A DNA stretch of 62,885 bases, the filler included, from Folioceros fuciformis (taxonomy: Eukaryota): NCBI GenBank assembly GCA_049999805.1. It is 13 parts of 13 records of this genome, joined end to end, with 100 filler letters (N's around TTAATTAATTAA, not from the genome) between each part and the next. Parts side by side here need not be neighbours in the genome. Positions count along the whole stretch, not along the records: positions 33,794 to 46,061 come from JBNGIO010005587.1; positions 46,162 to 51,169 come from JBNGIO010005589.1; positions 51,270 to 57,144 come from JBNGIO010005592.1; 10 more parts are not named here. One strand, written 5' to 3'. Under the pieces are notes generated by a model. The model was not told where the DNA came from and ran no database searches. It saw only the letters and a program-made list of their open reading frames with translations. Both the position numbers and the translations under genes were made by a program. This document shows, piece after piece, positions 38,583 through 51,924 of this stretch (the stretch's first letter is position 1; every line of letters begins with the position of its first letter).

Positions 38583-39938
38583 TCAAAACACGTCTCCATT
38601 GGCCACTGAAGCACTTCCATTTCCAGCATGTTCCTCTCCCCGGTCCCTGTTTTCCCGTTCCTTGTTCCACTGCTCAATCCTTGCTCGCCTCTCTGCACTT
38701 CCTTCTCTTGCTGGACTGCCCCTGTTACGACGACCTAATGGGCTACGACTTCTGCGCCGACCTGCAGGATTGTCACTGTACTCAGGCCTTGCCCCGTACT
38801 CAGGCCTCCAGGGACGCCTATCATCTCGATCTGGGCGACGATCCTCCCGCTCAGCATACCTCCTGTCATAGCCCCTGGCTCCCCGCGGAGGCCTTTCATC
38901 ATACGCACGATCATGATAACGATCATACCTGTCATGGTCCCTGCGAGGACTCACACTCCTAGTCCTACTTCTGCTCCGGCTCCGACTGAACCTTTTCTGA
39001 TATCCAAATAATTTCCTCCTAAGTTCCCTGCAAACCAGAACTTCCAAAAATCAGCTGCGCTGCTAACTGATAGAACAACACAAGGTAGTGAACGATCATC
39101 TACCTGCCAATTTTCTTCAAATGCATGAAATTGCAATAGCCACCACGATTACAGGTATTTTCCTCGTACTGCCTGCAGGTGGCTTCTCGAAAATCAGTAA
39201 CTGGAGAAAAATCAACTAGGATTGGTCGGCCTGCAAATGGACAAGACGGAGTAACCACCAGTCAGTCTCTCCACAACGACATGGCAGCAGTAGTAAAACC
39301 TAGACCTGCTTGAACCCAGGACATGCCTGCGTAGAATCGTCCTGATAGAGCCTGAAGTGCTGCTGCAGCTTGTTCTTCCTCTCGGAACTGCACATAAACG
39401 TTCCCAACCTGGAAGACCAACAAGAAGAACAACACGGGAGGACAACTCGTCTCAGTTCACCATCTCCACACAGGTCCAAACAAACAACCTCGCGAACAGT
39501 ACACGAACGACTTACCATGTGGTCAGCAAGGTTATCGCAAACGTTGAGGCTCTCCAGCTCTCCATACTTGCTCAGCTCCTCATAGATGTCCTCAAAAAAG
39601 TCCTGTGCATTACCCGGACAAATCAGAATCAGCAAGATATCCCCCAAGTTAGGTCGACAAAGCATTACACGAGTTTCCATCCGATGCAGGCAGAAGCATA
39701 CCTCAAAATGCTGCTGGACCTTTCGCGGATCCATATTTTGACCATTTAGATCCATTCCGGGTGTAACCATGTCTGGACGCTGATACATGTTGGACAATAA
39801 TAAAGTAGGACTGATGGTAGGTCGATTGTGAAGCCTCGAGCATCGATCACCATGTCGGCAAGCACCGATCTTAAAGTAGAAGGGACAGTTAACACGGTCC
39901 TTCTCTGTGCCAAATATGGACGCAAGATGCTCCGCCAT
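38583..39938 (-). CDS. U2AF35: Splicing factor U2AF small subunit; exons 39938-39702, 39602-39516, 39408-39327, 39230-39104, 39027-38583
   Basis: [36 protein letters not shown], second CCCH, RS domain, [12 protein letters not shown]; frame intact after splicing. Confidence 0.97.
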
Positions 39939-40739
39939 AGTTTGTATCTCGCCCTCAAGTACTCCAAGGGCGAGACAGCGCAACGTACCTACCTACAATA
40001 CTCCCAGGAAAGGATACACACAGACAAGGTGGAGGTCTGTAAACACAAGCTGGCGAGGCGAAGGACCCCGCCGGCGTCTGCAAGCACAGCCTCAAGCGAT
40101 GGTGCGCAGGCGGACGAGGGTTGGGGCATCCTAGCTTTTCAGAAGTGAAAGGACTGCGCAGTTGGGGGCACGTCACCACCGTCCCGACTCCTCAACCACA
40201 GCGAGGACCGCTTGGTTGGCTGCCAATACACGTATGTCTAGTCTAGGGCTCTCGCAGAATCTACGAATTAGGTCATCCCTGTATGAACCTGATTATTTGA
40301 AACTGATGGACATGGTGTTGGCCCTCCCTAATGGGAAATTCGATAATCGAAGATTCTTCGCTTCGTGCGATCCTTTCCTGTATATGCTTACATATATGCT
40401 TGGGACCTCTCGACTTGCCTCGCTCCCGTGTGAGAACGAGATGCAAAATCCCACCCATTCTTAGGTCAAACTCCTATGAATAACTATTTTCGTTATGTTA
40501 AAATATCATAAAATACGAGCTAGTTGTAAAATAATGAGGCAGACATGTAGAAGAAAGTCAGAATTTATATTATTTTTAACTCTGAAAATGATGAAAATCT
40601 AATTGGAACCCTTGTGTTAATGGTCCTTTCCATATAAACCCAACTATGCAAAATTTTGTGGGTTGCTGCCACTAGGCCTAAGGCCACATAGGTCAATGTT
40701 TCCCATGTAGCTCATACAAGTCCTTTGGCAGTGGCACTT

Positions 40740-43700
40740 TGTTAAAAATAAATGATTTAGTTAAACCTAACACACAGGTTAAGCTATCTAAGGTTGACAT
40801 ATGAACAGTCACTTAGAAAGTATTTAAACAATTTTGCACTCTCATTTTCAAGATGATAATCATGTTTTATGCTTTAGCTATTCTTTCGCCTCCACTCGTA
40901 TTTTGCACATGGTATCATAGCCATGCTTTGTTTATTAATACAATTCCTGAAAGATGCCGAGAGTGGGTGGTTCATCTAGATGTCCGAGTCATGGTGGGAT
41001 CTCGAGACACTCTCGGCAAGTAAGACACCCACCAAGATAAAAGGCACCGCTACAAATCGATATTGATACGGCGCTCGATATCTATAAACAAAACTACCCC
41101 ACTCATTGGCTGCAGAGGCTTGTTGAATCACATAGTAGAAGGGGAGCATTTGATTTTTATGTAATAAAAAATCGAGAGGTTGATCGCCTCTATAGAGAGC
41201 GTTGTTATAGGAGAGGGCAAAACCCTGATTTGCACTACTCTCCTAGATCAGAAACATCTAGTCCAGCAGATTTTCTAAGAGCGCCTATTTTTTATGCATC
41301 ACACCCTTCACTACATACTTCCAACAAATCAGCCACAACGCAACAGCCTGCAACAACACAGGCTAGAGATAGCGTTAGCCCCTGCACTGGATTTAGAAGA
41401 GTATTCGACATAAGTACAGAATCTCTTCTAATTAGAGTTCAACAATTGCTATCACACGTAATTACAAACCAAGAATTATTGAAGAACATAGTTCTGACAC
41501 GACATCCTGAAATTGAGCAAGCCATTACTGAGAGCACACAAGAAATCTCAAGAGACATCAATGATGTATCTGATTTTTTTAAATTGATTGACTTGAGGCT
41601 TCACGAGCGAGAACATGGCTTCTCTCATTCAGGATCAAGCTCGATTCTTCGAGCATTGTGAATCTTCCGCTGCTGCAGAGCAGGGGTCATGCAGGCGCAA
41701 GAGTGCTCCTCTTGCATCTTGATCTGAATTGATGCATTCTTCCCCTGCACCTTCTGATTAGACAGCATTCTTCAGCAAACATTGGTCCACTTGTACTTGT
41801 CACTTCAGCAGACAGTCATGACGGTTAGTTTTTGTTTTTAACCTAATTTTTAAAAAGGCTTTTCATGAACCGTTATCCAAGTTAGGGTTTGCAGGCATGG
41901 ACATGACCTTTCACGACAGGCATGCTTGAATAGCATGCTGAGGAGCTCAGCAGGAGCTGATCCTAGCAATAAAAGCTAGCACCCTTATTTCCAGTTGAGC
42001 AGCCCAGCACTCCATTCCTACATGAATTGGTTAGTGTTTCTACAAATCTGAGTGCGGAGCATGAATGAAAACTTAGCTACATTAGGAGGAACCATAGTTC
42101 TTCTTAATCGTCTAGTTTCTCATGTCCCTTGAAGCCAAGCTGAACGCCCTCATCAATAACTTAAACAATCTTACGTTACAACTTGCAAACTCACCACTCC
42201 AACCACCCATCATAGCTGCCCCTTCTACATCGTTCACATTAGATGTCAAAGGCAAGGACAACTTCGGTGGGACTGGTTACCAGGTCTGGAGAGTCCGAAT
42301 GAAGGCTGTCCTTATTGCCAGAGGTGTGTGGACAAGTGTTGATGGGAGTCTTCAGAAGTCTGACCCCAAAACAAAGCCAGATGAATACGCTAAGTGGGAG
42401 TACCACAATAGTGTGGCCATGGCTTTGCTCATCAATGCTTTAACTGCAGACCTTGTCCCTGATGTTGAATTCTCGACATCGGCTAAGGAAATTTGGGATC
42501 AATTGGAGACCACCTACCACTCCACAAACATGATGTCACTATCAACTGTCAGGATGAAATTCTACTCATTGAAAATGAAGGAAGGAGAAAAGATAGCAAC
42601 TCGCACAAGCAAGTTTCGGTAGTTGAGAGCCCAGATCACGTCGTTGACTGGCAACAAGATGCCTGAAATCGAGGCTGTGTCCCAGCTGCTTCTCAGCCTC
42701 CCTCCTTCATACCAAAATTTCATTACCAGCCAAAATGCCTCCATCAAACCTGGTGTAGCTGCTGCCAACGCCCCCACTGTTGAGAAGGTGAGTGGAGCAC
42801 TCTACCAGGAAGAGCAAGCAAGGCTACTTCATGGCTTTGCTGTTTCTAAAGCAGCACGACCCAAGAAGGCGTTGGCTGTGAATTTTAGACCTCTTAAAGG
42901 CAAGTCTAAATTCAGAGGGGGAAACCAAGGTGGAAGCTTTTCTGGTCGATCTGAATCTGCCAGCTCTTCCACCAAACGTTCCGTCACCTGCAATTGGTGT
43001 GGAACTCCTGGCCACCGGGCACGAGAGTGCCGCAAACACAAGGCAGGTGAGCCACAGAAGCAGCCACGTGCCAACGTCGCTGTAAAAGAGAAGCAAAATG
43101 TTTACAAGGCACCAATAAAAATTCTTACCGTTTGCTTGTCAAATTCTCTTCACGATGATGGCTGCTGGTATCTTGACTCTGGAGCTACAACACACATCTG
43201 TAAGGAGAGGGAGTTGTTCTCCACCCTAGACCTTGTGCATATCCATGACAAGGTGCTGCTAGGTAATGAGCAGAGTAAGTCTAGCCTGCACATAGAAGGC
43301 AAAGGCACTTGTGTCTTTAGACTGCATGACAACACAGATCTCACATTAGAAGATGTGTTGTATGTACCCAACATGGCCAAGAACCTCATGTCCATGAGTA
43401 GGCTGATGCAATTACGTACCTTTTGTATGCGTGCTGACTTCAACCATTGTTCATTCTACAGGAAGGCATACCCTGAAAAATGTGTCTTCAAAGGCATACT
43501 AGATCATGACCTTTACAGATTGAATATAGTGTGTTGCCAGCCACCTACTCCCAAGCATGTTGCACACTCCACTACCACACAAACGCTTAGTTCTAAGCAG
43601 GAGGCAGTCCTATGGCATGCTAGGTTAGGTCACGTCAATAGAGCCAAGCTAATTGACATGTCTGTTACTGAATGCCATAGAGAACCCTTGCCAAAGTGCT

Positions 43701-46061
43701 TCAAAGACTTACCTGTTTGTGAGTCTTGCATCTTGGCAAAGCAAAAGGAATCCCCATTTCCTGCTGCCCCTACACATAGAGCCACACAAGTGCTGGAATT
43801 AGTCCATGCTGATATATCTGGAAAGATACATGAGCCATCCTTAGGACGATCTCATTATTTCTTCACCCTAACAGACGACTCCAGTAGATACACATGGACA
43901 TTCCCAATGTAGCTTAAAAGTAATACCTTCAGCATTTTCAGAGACTAGCTCTCTACAGCTCAACGACAGTTTGGCATGCTTCTGAAAATACTAAGGACAG
44001 ATAATGGATCGGAGTTTGTAAACGCATCCTTTGATGAGCTGCTCCAGAAACATGGTATCCTTCGCCAACTAACAGTTCCCTACACACCACAGCAAAACGG
44101 TGTATCTGAGAGGAAAAATCAGACATTGCTCGGCATGACTAGAAGCATGCTCATTTGTGCAGGCTTACCACAAGGATATTGGGCCGAGGCAATTGTAGCA
44201 GCCACATACATCTTGAACAGGGTTCTTACGAGCTTTGTCCCACAAAAGACACCATATGAGGTGTTCTGGAACAGGAGACCTAGCTTGTTACATCTAAGGG
44301 TATTTGGCTCACGTGCAGTCACATACATCCCCATTGAAAAACGAAGGAAGCTGGAACCTTGTGCTCAAGGACTAAGTTTTGTCGGTTATAGTGAGCATGT
44401 GAAAGCCTACAAGCTATACAACCCACTACAAGACTGCATGCTGCTTGTCCAAAGTGTGACATTTTTGGAACCCAATTCACCAATCTCCAGTACAACACAA
44501 GAAGTTTTACCCATGACAGCAGATGGCAATGACACCACATCAGCTGATCCTGCTGAATATCCCTTGGATGACATGGAACTGGTTGATATTCCACCTATCA
44601 TTCCTGCAGCTGCTGCTGTTGAAGCACAGGAGCCTGACCTGGAACCTACAGTGGAGCAACAGGCCGACCAGCAGTCAGAGAACGATGCACAAGATGACGA
44701 AAATGGCAGAGTTGCTGCAGAACAAGATGATGGAGCTGATGTAGATTTTCTGGTTGATGACTTACCTGTCCAGGATCATGAGGGGGCTGAAGCTGCAGAC
44801 CTAGTAGATGACCTGGATCTGTTTGTCAATGAACCAATAGAGGAACCACCTGCACCTACCTTTGAACCTAGACGATCAACTCGCTATCGTCCACCTCCTT
44901 TCGAATGGGCAGAGCCTAGATACCAATCTGTGGACTTTAGGACCAACCTTGCCGTTAAGACCACTTTGCCGGATGAGCCCACTAGCCTGCAGCAGGCCTT
45001 CAATGGGCCTGAATCTGAACAATGGGAAGCTACTATCAAGGATGAGTACCAGTCTCTTGTGAAAAATAAAACCTGGATCCTGACAGATCTTCCACCAAGG
45101 CGTAAGGCCATCTCCTGCAAGTGGATTTTCAAACTCAAGTTAAATGCCAAGGGTGAGGTGGCTAGATTCAAAGCTAGATTGGTTGCACGAGGGTTCACGC
45201 AGGTTGAGGGTTTGGACTACCAAGAAACGTTCTCACCTGTTGTGAGAACACAATCCATTCGAATCCTCCTCGCTTAAGCCACAGAACATGACCTTGACCT
45301 ACACCAGATGGACGTCTGTACAACGTTCTTGTATGGAGCCTTAGATGAGGAGCTTTACATGCTCCAGCCTGAAGCTTATGAAGACCCTGCACACCCAGAC
45401 AAAGTGCTCAAGCTCTTGAAGTGTATATATGGCTTGAAACAGAGTGGGAGAGTGTGGTATTTAACCATGCATCTCTACCTAATCAGCATCGATTTTGTCC
45501 AAAGTGTAGCAGATACGAATGTCTACAGGCTTACCCGTGGCTCTTCTCTTGTCCTTCTTGCACTTTATGTAAATGACGTGATCTTTGCCACCAATGATCA
45601 GAAGCTGCTGTCAGATGTCAAGGCCAAGCTCTCTGGCAAATTCGACATGAAGGATATCGGTGAGTTAAAGTTTTGCCTTGGCATCCAGCTGCTGCGCGTT
45701 CGCTCCAAGGGCCTCATGTACATCCACCAATTCAAGTATGTTGATGAGATCTTGCGCAAGTTTCACTTGGACCAAGCACGCCCAACAGCTACACCATATG
45801 CAACAAGAGTCAAGCTCACGCGAGAACAGTGCCCTGAAACACAAGCTAACAGAAAGGACATGGGGCTGATGGACCTTATCGACATGCTGTCGGCAGTTTG
45901 ATTTTTGTGGCCAACTGGACCAGGCCAGACATCCAATATTCAGTGAGCACTATATCACAGTTTCTTGAGAATCCTGGCAGGCCACATTGTGTGGCTGTCA
46001 AGCGCATCTTTCGTTACCTAAAGGGCACACATCGTTATGGGCTTATGTACAAACGAAGTGG
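40740..46061 (+). mobile_element. Ty1/copia element F (170-bp LTR 40740-40909, PBS 40910-40921, ORF0, gag-pol 42122-46061 with stops)
   Basis: TG..CA-TGGTATCATAGC; CNWCGTPGHRAREC, WYLDSGAT, HADISGK, QMDV. Confidence 0.97.
40954..41661 (+). pseudogene. ORF0 of element F, 235 codons with one internal TAA (41038-41040)
   Basis: ATG 40954 (MPRVGG...) is in frame with ORF 41230-41661. Confidence 0.7.
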
Positions 46062-46394
46062 NNNNNNNNNNNNNNNNNNNNNNNNNNNNNNNNNNNNNNN
46101 NNNNNTTAATTAATTAANNNNNNNNNNNNNNNNNNNNNNNNNNNNNNNNNNNNNNNNNNNNTGACCGCCGGACAGCGAGGCCTGTCCTACGCCTGATCGG
46201 AGCTGGAGGGGAGCCCTCGAATCCATCATCGAGTCGATCAAGTCCGACCCTCCATCCACAGCAGCAAGGAACCCCATCGCTCCTTCGTGGGAACGAAACC
46301 CAATGTCTCCACGACAGTGGGATAAGTGTGGCCACTAAAGGTGGAACCCGTTGGCAATCAGTGCCCGGGGTTTCGCCTCCACAACAACAAAGGG

Positions 46395-48830
46395 TCAAGT
46401 TAGATTACAAAGCTCATAAGTATGTCTTCATTGGATATACAGAAGGCATTAAAGGGTATAAGCTGTTTGATCCCTCTTTTAGGACAACAACACATGCACA
46501 TAGTGTCGTGTTTAACGAGCAGTTACTTCTAAACTCCACTATGGGACATACCTTAGTAGATGAATCACAATCTGGCCCGGATGATAGCCAAGAGGGCATT
46601 ACAAGTCAGTCAGCCAGCCTCCCTCATCTTCCAGTCAACTAGAACCCAACCAGTTCAAATTCACACCACTCTGATAGTGACACAGAGGAGGAACTGTCGG
46701 ACTTCCCTGATGATGATTATGAGGGATGTTCCGATAATGATACATCTACACCAGAGATGGTCACTGGTCAACCCCCCGTGGAAGAGGACTCGGTAACTGA
46801 AGAACTACAAGGTAGCATACCTGAACCCGAAGAGGCTAAAGCTCCAAGGTGAAGCTCTCAGAGACACACATCAACTCTTGCAGACTGGAAGGAACCCCCG
46901 CTGTCATACCAATTATTTCTCGTACAAGACGGTGCTGAACCTCTGGACCTTGGAGAGCCACAATCCTATCAAGAAGCTGTTAACTCTGCAGACAAAGAAA
47001 AATGGATTGCTGCTATTCAATCGGAGTATCAGTCCATTGTGGACAACAAGACCTGGGTACTTGAGGACCTACCCCCTAGACGAAAGCCAGTCACCTGCAA
47101 ATGGTTGTTTAAAAAAAAGTTGGCTGCAGATGGTACTGTTGCACGTTTTAAGGCAAGACTCGTTGCCTGAGGATACAACCAAGTTGAAGGGTTGGATTAC
47201 ACGGAAACATTCTCCCCTGTGGTACGTGCTACCTCGATTCGAGCCTTGCTTGCAGTAACTGCACAACACGATTACATGTTACACTACATGGACGTCAAAA
47301 CACCCTTCCTGAACGGAACACTTGAAGAGACTATATGCAGCAACCTGAAGGCTTCGTCGACCCTAAGCAACCAACAAAAGTTTGCAGACTTGTAAAAACT
47401 ATGTACGGCCTCAAGCAGTCCCCTCGAGAATGGTATAAGCGTATCGACACTTACCTGAAAAACTATGGGTTTGTCCAGAGCACTGCAGACTCCAATGTAT
47501 ACATGCTACATGATAGTAAGGGGTCTGTTTCCTTGCTTTATATGTCGACGATGCAGTGATAATTGTAAGTAGTCCTGAGCTAATGTCAAAAGTCAAAGCC
47601 ATTTTGACATGCGAGTTTTCAATGACAGATCTTGGTTAGCTTAAGTTCTTCTTAGGTGTACAGATCCAGCAAAACCTGTCTAGACACACGGTCTTCATTC
47701 ACCAAGCACACTTTGTGCATCAAGTCTTGGCACTTTTTAGGCTCCAAAATGCATCCCCTGCAGCCACACCCATGGCAGTAGGAGAAAAACTATCCCTTGA
47801 GCAATCACCCAAAACTGAAGATGAAAGGATGCAAATGAAAAAAATACTGTACAGATCTGCAATGGGAGTGCTGATATATTTCCGGAACTAAACACATCCG
47901 GAGTTGTCTCATGCAGTTGGAGTCACTTCCCAATTCCTCACCAACTATGGCTCAGCTCATTGGGCAACTGTACAAAGGTGCATGCGTTATCTTGGAGGGA
48001 CCCCGAAGCTTGGGCTACTATACAAACAACGACCTACAAACCTGCTCCTAACATGCTTATGTGACGCAGACTGGGCTGCTAATATTGACAGCCGACGCTC
48101 AATCTCAACCAACTGTCTGATGCTACTAAAGGACGAGCATCAAGCCACAATAATCTCATGGCACAAAAAGAAGCAACCCGTAGTAGCTCTCTCCTCCACC
48201 AAAGCTGAGTACATTGCTGCAACAACGGGAGCACAAGACATCTTGCATGGGAGAGAGTTATTGGACTCACTGGGAGAAACACAATCAACACCTACCTTGT
48301 TGCTGAGCGACAACCAGTCAGCCATTGCGCTAGCCCAGAATCCAGTCCTCCACTCTAGAACAAAGCATATTGAGATCAAGCATCACTTTATCAGACAGGT
48401 TGTAGTAGAAGAGCAGGCCTCACTACAGTATGTGTCCACGCACGAAAATATATCAGACTTGCTCACAAAATCACTACCCCGGGACAAGCATGAGAGATTC
48501 GCAGAAGCCATGGGGTTAGTGGAAGAACCATATGCATACTCTGCATTATCCACCTAGCTAGCACTACTTCTAATCCATAGCAGCACCAGCTCGCCTTCGG
48601 CCATCTCTCAAAAACCTACAAAAGGATTCAAGCAGACTGTGAAGTTACTGGAGAGTAAAAGCAGATGTAATACTGGCTAAGTGGGAGTGTTAATGTGAGT
48701 ATAGCCAACATTAGATTATTACTTAAGTAATTAAATTAGGCTAAATAATTAATGGCACCAAATATGAATCAATAGATTCATATCGGTGCCGCTAAGGGTC
48801 GCACCCTAAACCAAATCGACGCCGTTCACG
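46395..48830 (+). mobile_element. copia 3' half (INT C-terminus, RT, RH, PPT about 48679-48687, LTR from 48688), decayed
   Basis: FIGYTEGIKGY, FKARLVA, MYGLKQ, CDADWA, KHIEIKHHF. Confidence 0.93.
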
Positions 48831-49044
48831 GGACACAATCCCAACAGTTGCCCTCACATGTTTTTAAGCGGCCCCACAGCCTTATGCAAATAACCCTTTC
48901 TTCAAATCTGCCTCTCTCTCGCGATCCTAACTTAGCCTTTAGGTCCATCCAGAGCAAGCTCAAAACGTTATGGAGACAGGACAAGATGATTTGGGTAGGT
49001 TTGTTTGCTTGGTGCTGCAAACTTTTTAAGGCCCCCTAGGCATC

Positions 49045-50340
49045 TGTAACGTTTATGCCCCCAACGTTGGGTCGGAGATGAAGGACCGCTAGAGGAGCTG
49101 CATGGTGAAGGAGAGGAGAGGAGAGGAGGAGGCAAGGAGGAGAGGAGAAAGAGAGGTCACACTCTCAGTGTCTCACATTGCAAGGGAGCTCAAGGGGGTA
49201 TCTATACCCTCTAGAAAAGCTCCCTATGAAGCTTCACAAGAAGTTGCGCAAGAAGCTTCCTACAGATTAGCTTAAGCTAATCTAAACTAATGGTACTTAA
49301 CTAGATACTAATCTTAAACTAAACACATTAGTCTAAGCACATTGGCCTTTATTAACCCTACAACCTCCCACTTAAAGGCCAATTTACCTTCATAGGAGAT
49401 TGGTCTACCTTATGCCCATGAGTGTCTGAGCTTGTGCGAATTGCTCCGAATCGAGCTCCTTGGTAAGAATATCTGTAGGGTTCTGACTAGTGTGAACTTT
49501 AACAAGTTGTACCCTCTTGTCTTCCAACACCTCTCAAATGAAGTGATATTTCACTTCCACATGTTTGGTCTTTGCATGAAACACTGGATTCTTCACCAAT
49601 TGGATAGCACTTTGGCTATCATAATGCAACACTCGCAGCTCAACCTTGATCCCCAAATCTCCCACTAAACGAGCAAGCCACATGGCTTCCTTGCACGCCT
49701 CAGTCGCTGCAACATACTCAGCCTCTGTGGTAGATTGCGTTATGCACGATTGCAAACAAGATCGCCATGAGACTGCCCCTCTAGTGCACATGAAGACATA
49801 ACCTAATGTGGACCTCCTTTTGTCCATATCCCCTGCATAATCAGCATCTGTATATCCCACTACAAATGCATCTTCACTACCAAAACATAAGCACAAAGCT
49901 TTTGTACCATTTAAGTACCTCATAACTCCTTTCACTGCCTCCCAATGCTTCCTGCCAGAGTTTGACATAAACCTGCTAACCACTCTCATTGCAAAGGCAA
50001 TGTTAGGACGTGTAGCAATCATTGCATACATCAAACTCCCTACAGCTGATGAGTATGGAACCTTCTCCATTTCAGCTTTGTCCTCCGTAGAGCTTGGGCA
50101 ATCCTTGCTTAACAGTTTCACATATGAAGGCAACAAAGTACTCAATACCTTCCCCTTCTCCATATTGAAACGTTGAAGCACCTTGTTAATGTATTCAGTT
50201 TGAGACAAGTACAGCAAATGCTTCTGTTTGTCTCGACGAATACGCATGCCAAGAATATGGCTTGCCTCTCCCAAGTCTATCATGTCAAAGCGAGCATTCA
50301 ACTTTGACTTCAACGCTGAAATCTCATCACAACTAGTTCC
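49045..50340 (-). mobile_element. copia RT/RH end with 3' LTR about 49045-49362
   Basis: VPYSSAVGSLMY, GYTDADYAG, KHVEVKYHF; PPT AAGTGGGAGG then TGTAGG. Confidence 0.92.
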
Positions 50341-51269
50341 AGCATGTGGACTCCACATGCTGAATAGACCCCTAGAAAATGGTAGGTTTTTTTTTTTTTT
50401 TTTGGATTTGTGAGTGAGTGCTGTAGAGGAAAGGTTGGGAGATTAGGTTAGAATAGTAGCTAGATTTATGGTGAGTCAATAGGGTAGGTACCTAGGTTGT
50501 GTGGTAGATAGGACACGGGCTCTGGTTCCTCAGGGTAAGGTAACGGAGGAATAGGAAACCCGAGGACGGGTCATGGAAGGCGAGCCGGGGGTCCTCTGGC
50601 TGTTGCTGGGAGAAGCGGGAGATGGAGATCGAGGTGCTTGGGGCCGAGGACCTAGGAGTAGGCAGCCGGGTTGGCGGCTGTTGGGAAGCTTAGGCCGCAA
50701 CCTAGCCCGGTCCAGTCAGGCAGGAAGCAGAGGTGGTGTCGGATTTGGGCTAGGCGAGCCTTGGTGGATCCAAGCGTTGAGGGCTGGCAGACGTGGCGTG
50801 TTAGGCCGAAGCGGTCGGTTTCAGCAGGAGGACGGCGCTGGACTAGGACGGATGGGACTCGACTGGGCCATGCAGCAGGCCAGCAAGGTGAAGGCAGACT
50901 CGAGACCAGCGCAAGCGGCCATGCAGCTGGGCTAGGCGATGCTGGGAGGCAGGTCAGGTCCATCCTGCCGAGGGTTGGGCTGGTAGGGGTTATTCACGAC
51001 CGGAGCCAGGATTGGAGTGGCTGGCTAGCTTAGGTAGATGGCGGCGATGGCAGCAGCCCGGGGGGGCTCCTTGACGGGGGAGGATCCAGGAGATGAGCAG
51101 ATCCGGGCCGAGGGCAAGACCGGGTAGTGGCGGCTCTCGTGAAGCGATCAGTCGGGTTGGCTGTAGCAGNNNNNNNNNNNNNNNNNNNNNNNNNNNNNNN
51201 NNNNNNNNNNNNNTTAATTAATTAANNNNNNNNNNNNNNNNNNNNNNNNNNNNNNNNNNNNNNNNNNNN

Positions 51270-51735
51270 CAAAAAGTACCCACAGAAAGTTTGTAGGCTA
51301 CTTAAAACGATTTATGACTTAAAACAGTCTCCTAGGGCTTGGTATAAGCGAATTACGAAGTACCTTAAACAGCTTGGCTTTCTTCAGTCTCCTGCTGATA
51401 GCAATGTGTTCTTCCTTCCCGCTGGTGCTCAGTTTGTCATCCTTGCGTTGTATGTGGATGACTGTGTGCTATTGAGCACCAACCTTGAGCAGCTTGCCAC
51501 AATAAAAGAGATGTTGCGACGGGAATTCGAGATGATAGATCAAGGAGATCTTCAGTTCTGTCTGGGCATTCAGATATTGAGAAATAGGTCAGCTGGCATA
51601 ATCACTATGCATCAGACTAAGTATTTGAAAGAAATCCTATGTCATTTCAACTTCCTACTCCCTCAGCAATGGGGGTTAGGTTGACAGTCAAAGATCAGAC
51701 TTCTCATGACAAGGCTGAGATGGTAGCTGTCCCTG
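51270..51735 (+). pseudogene. copia RT fragment
   Basis: LKQSPRAWY, LALYVDD. Confidence 0.9.
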
Positions 51736-51924
51736 GTTAGTATCAGCCGGCTCAGTTTTCTTTGGATGAAGAGGTGTGCGTTACGACGTTTCTTATCTTC
51801 AGTGTGTTTAATAAGTCTTATGTCGTAACTGCCTTAATTGCTTGAAAGGAAAGTAGGGGAGTTTGGCGTGAGCAGGGTGTAACTCCGGGTTATTTCCCTT
51901 CCCTCGCAAAACCCCTCAACCCTC

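Noticed and set aside
50573-51169. Overlapping ORFs in a GC-rich stretch
   Set aside because: No recognisable domain. Such ORFs are expected by chance at high GC.
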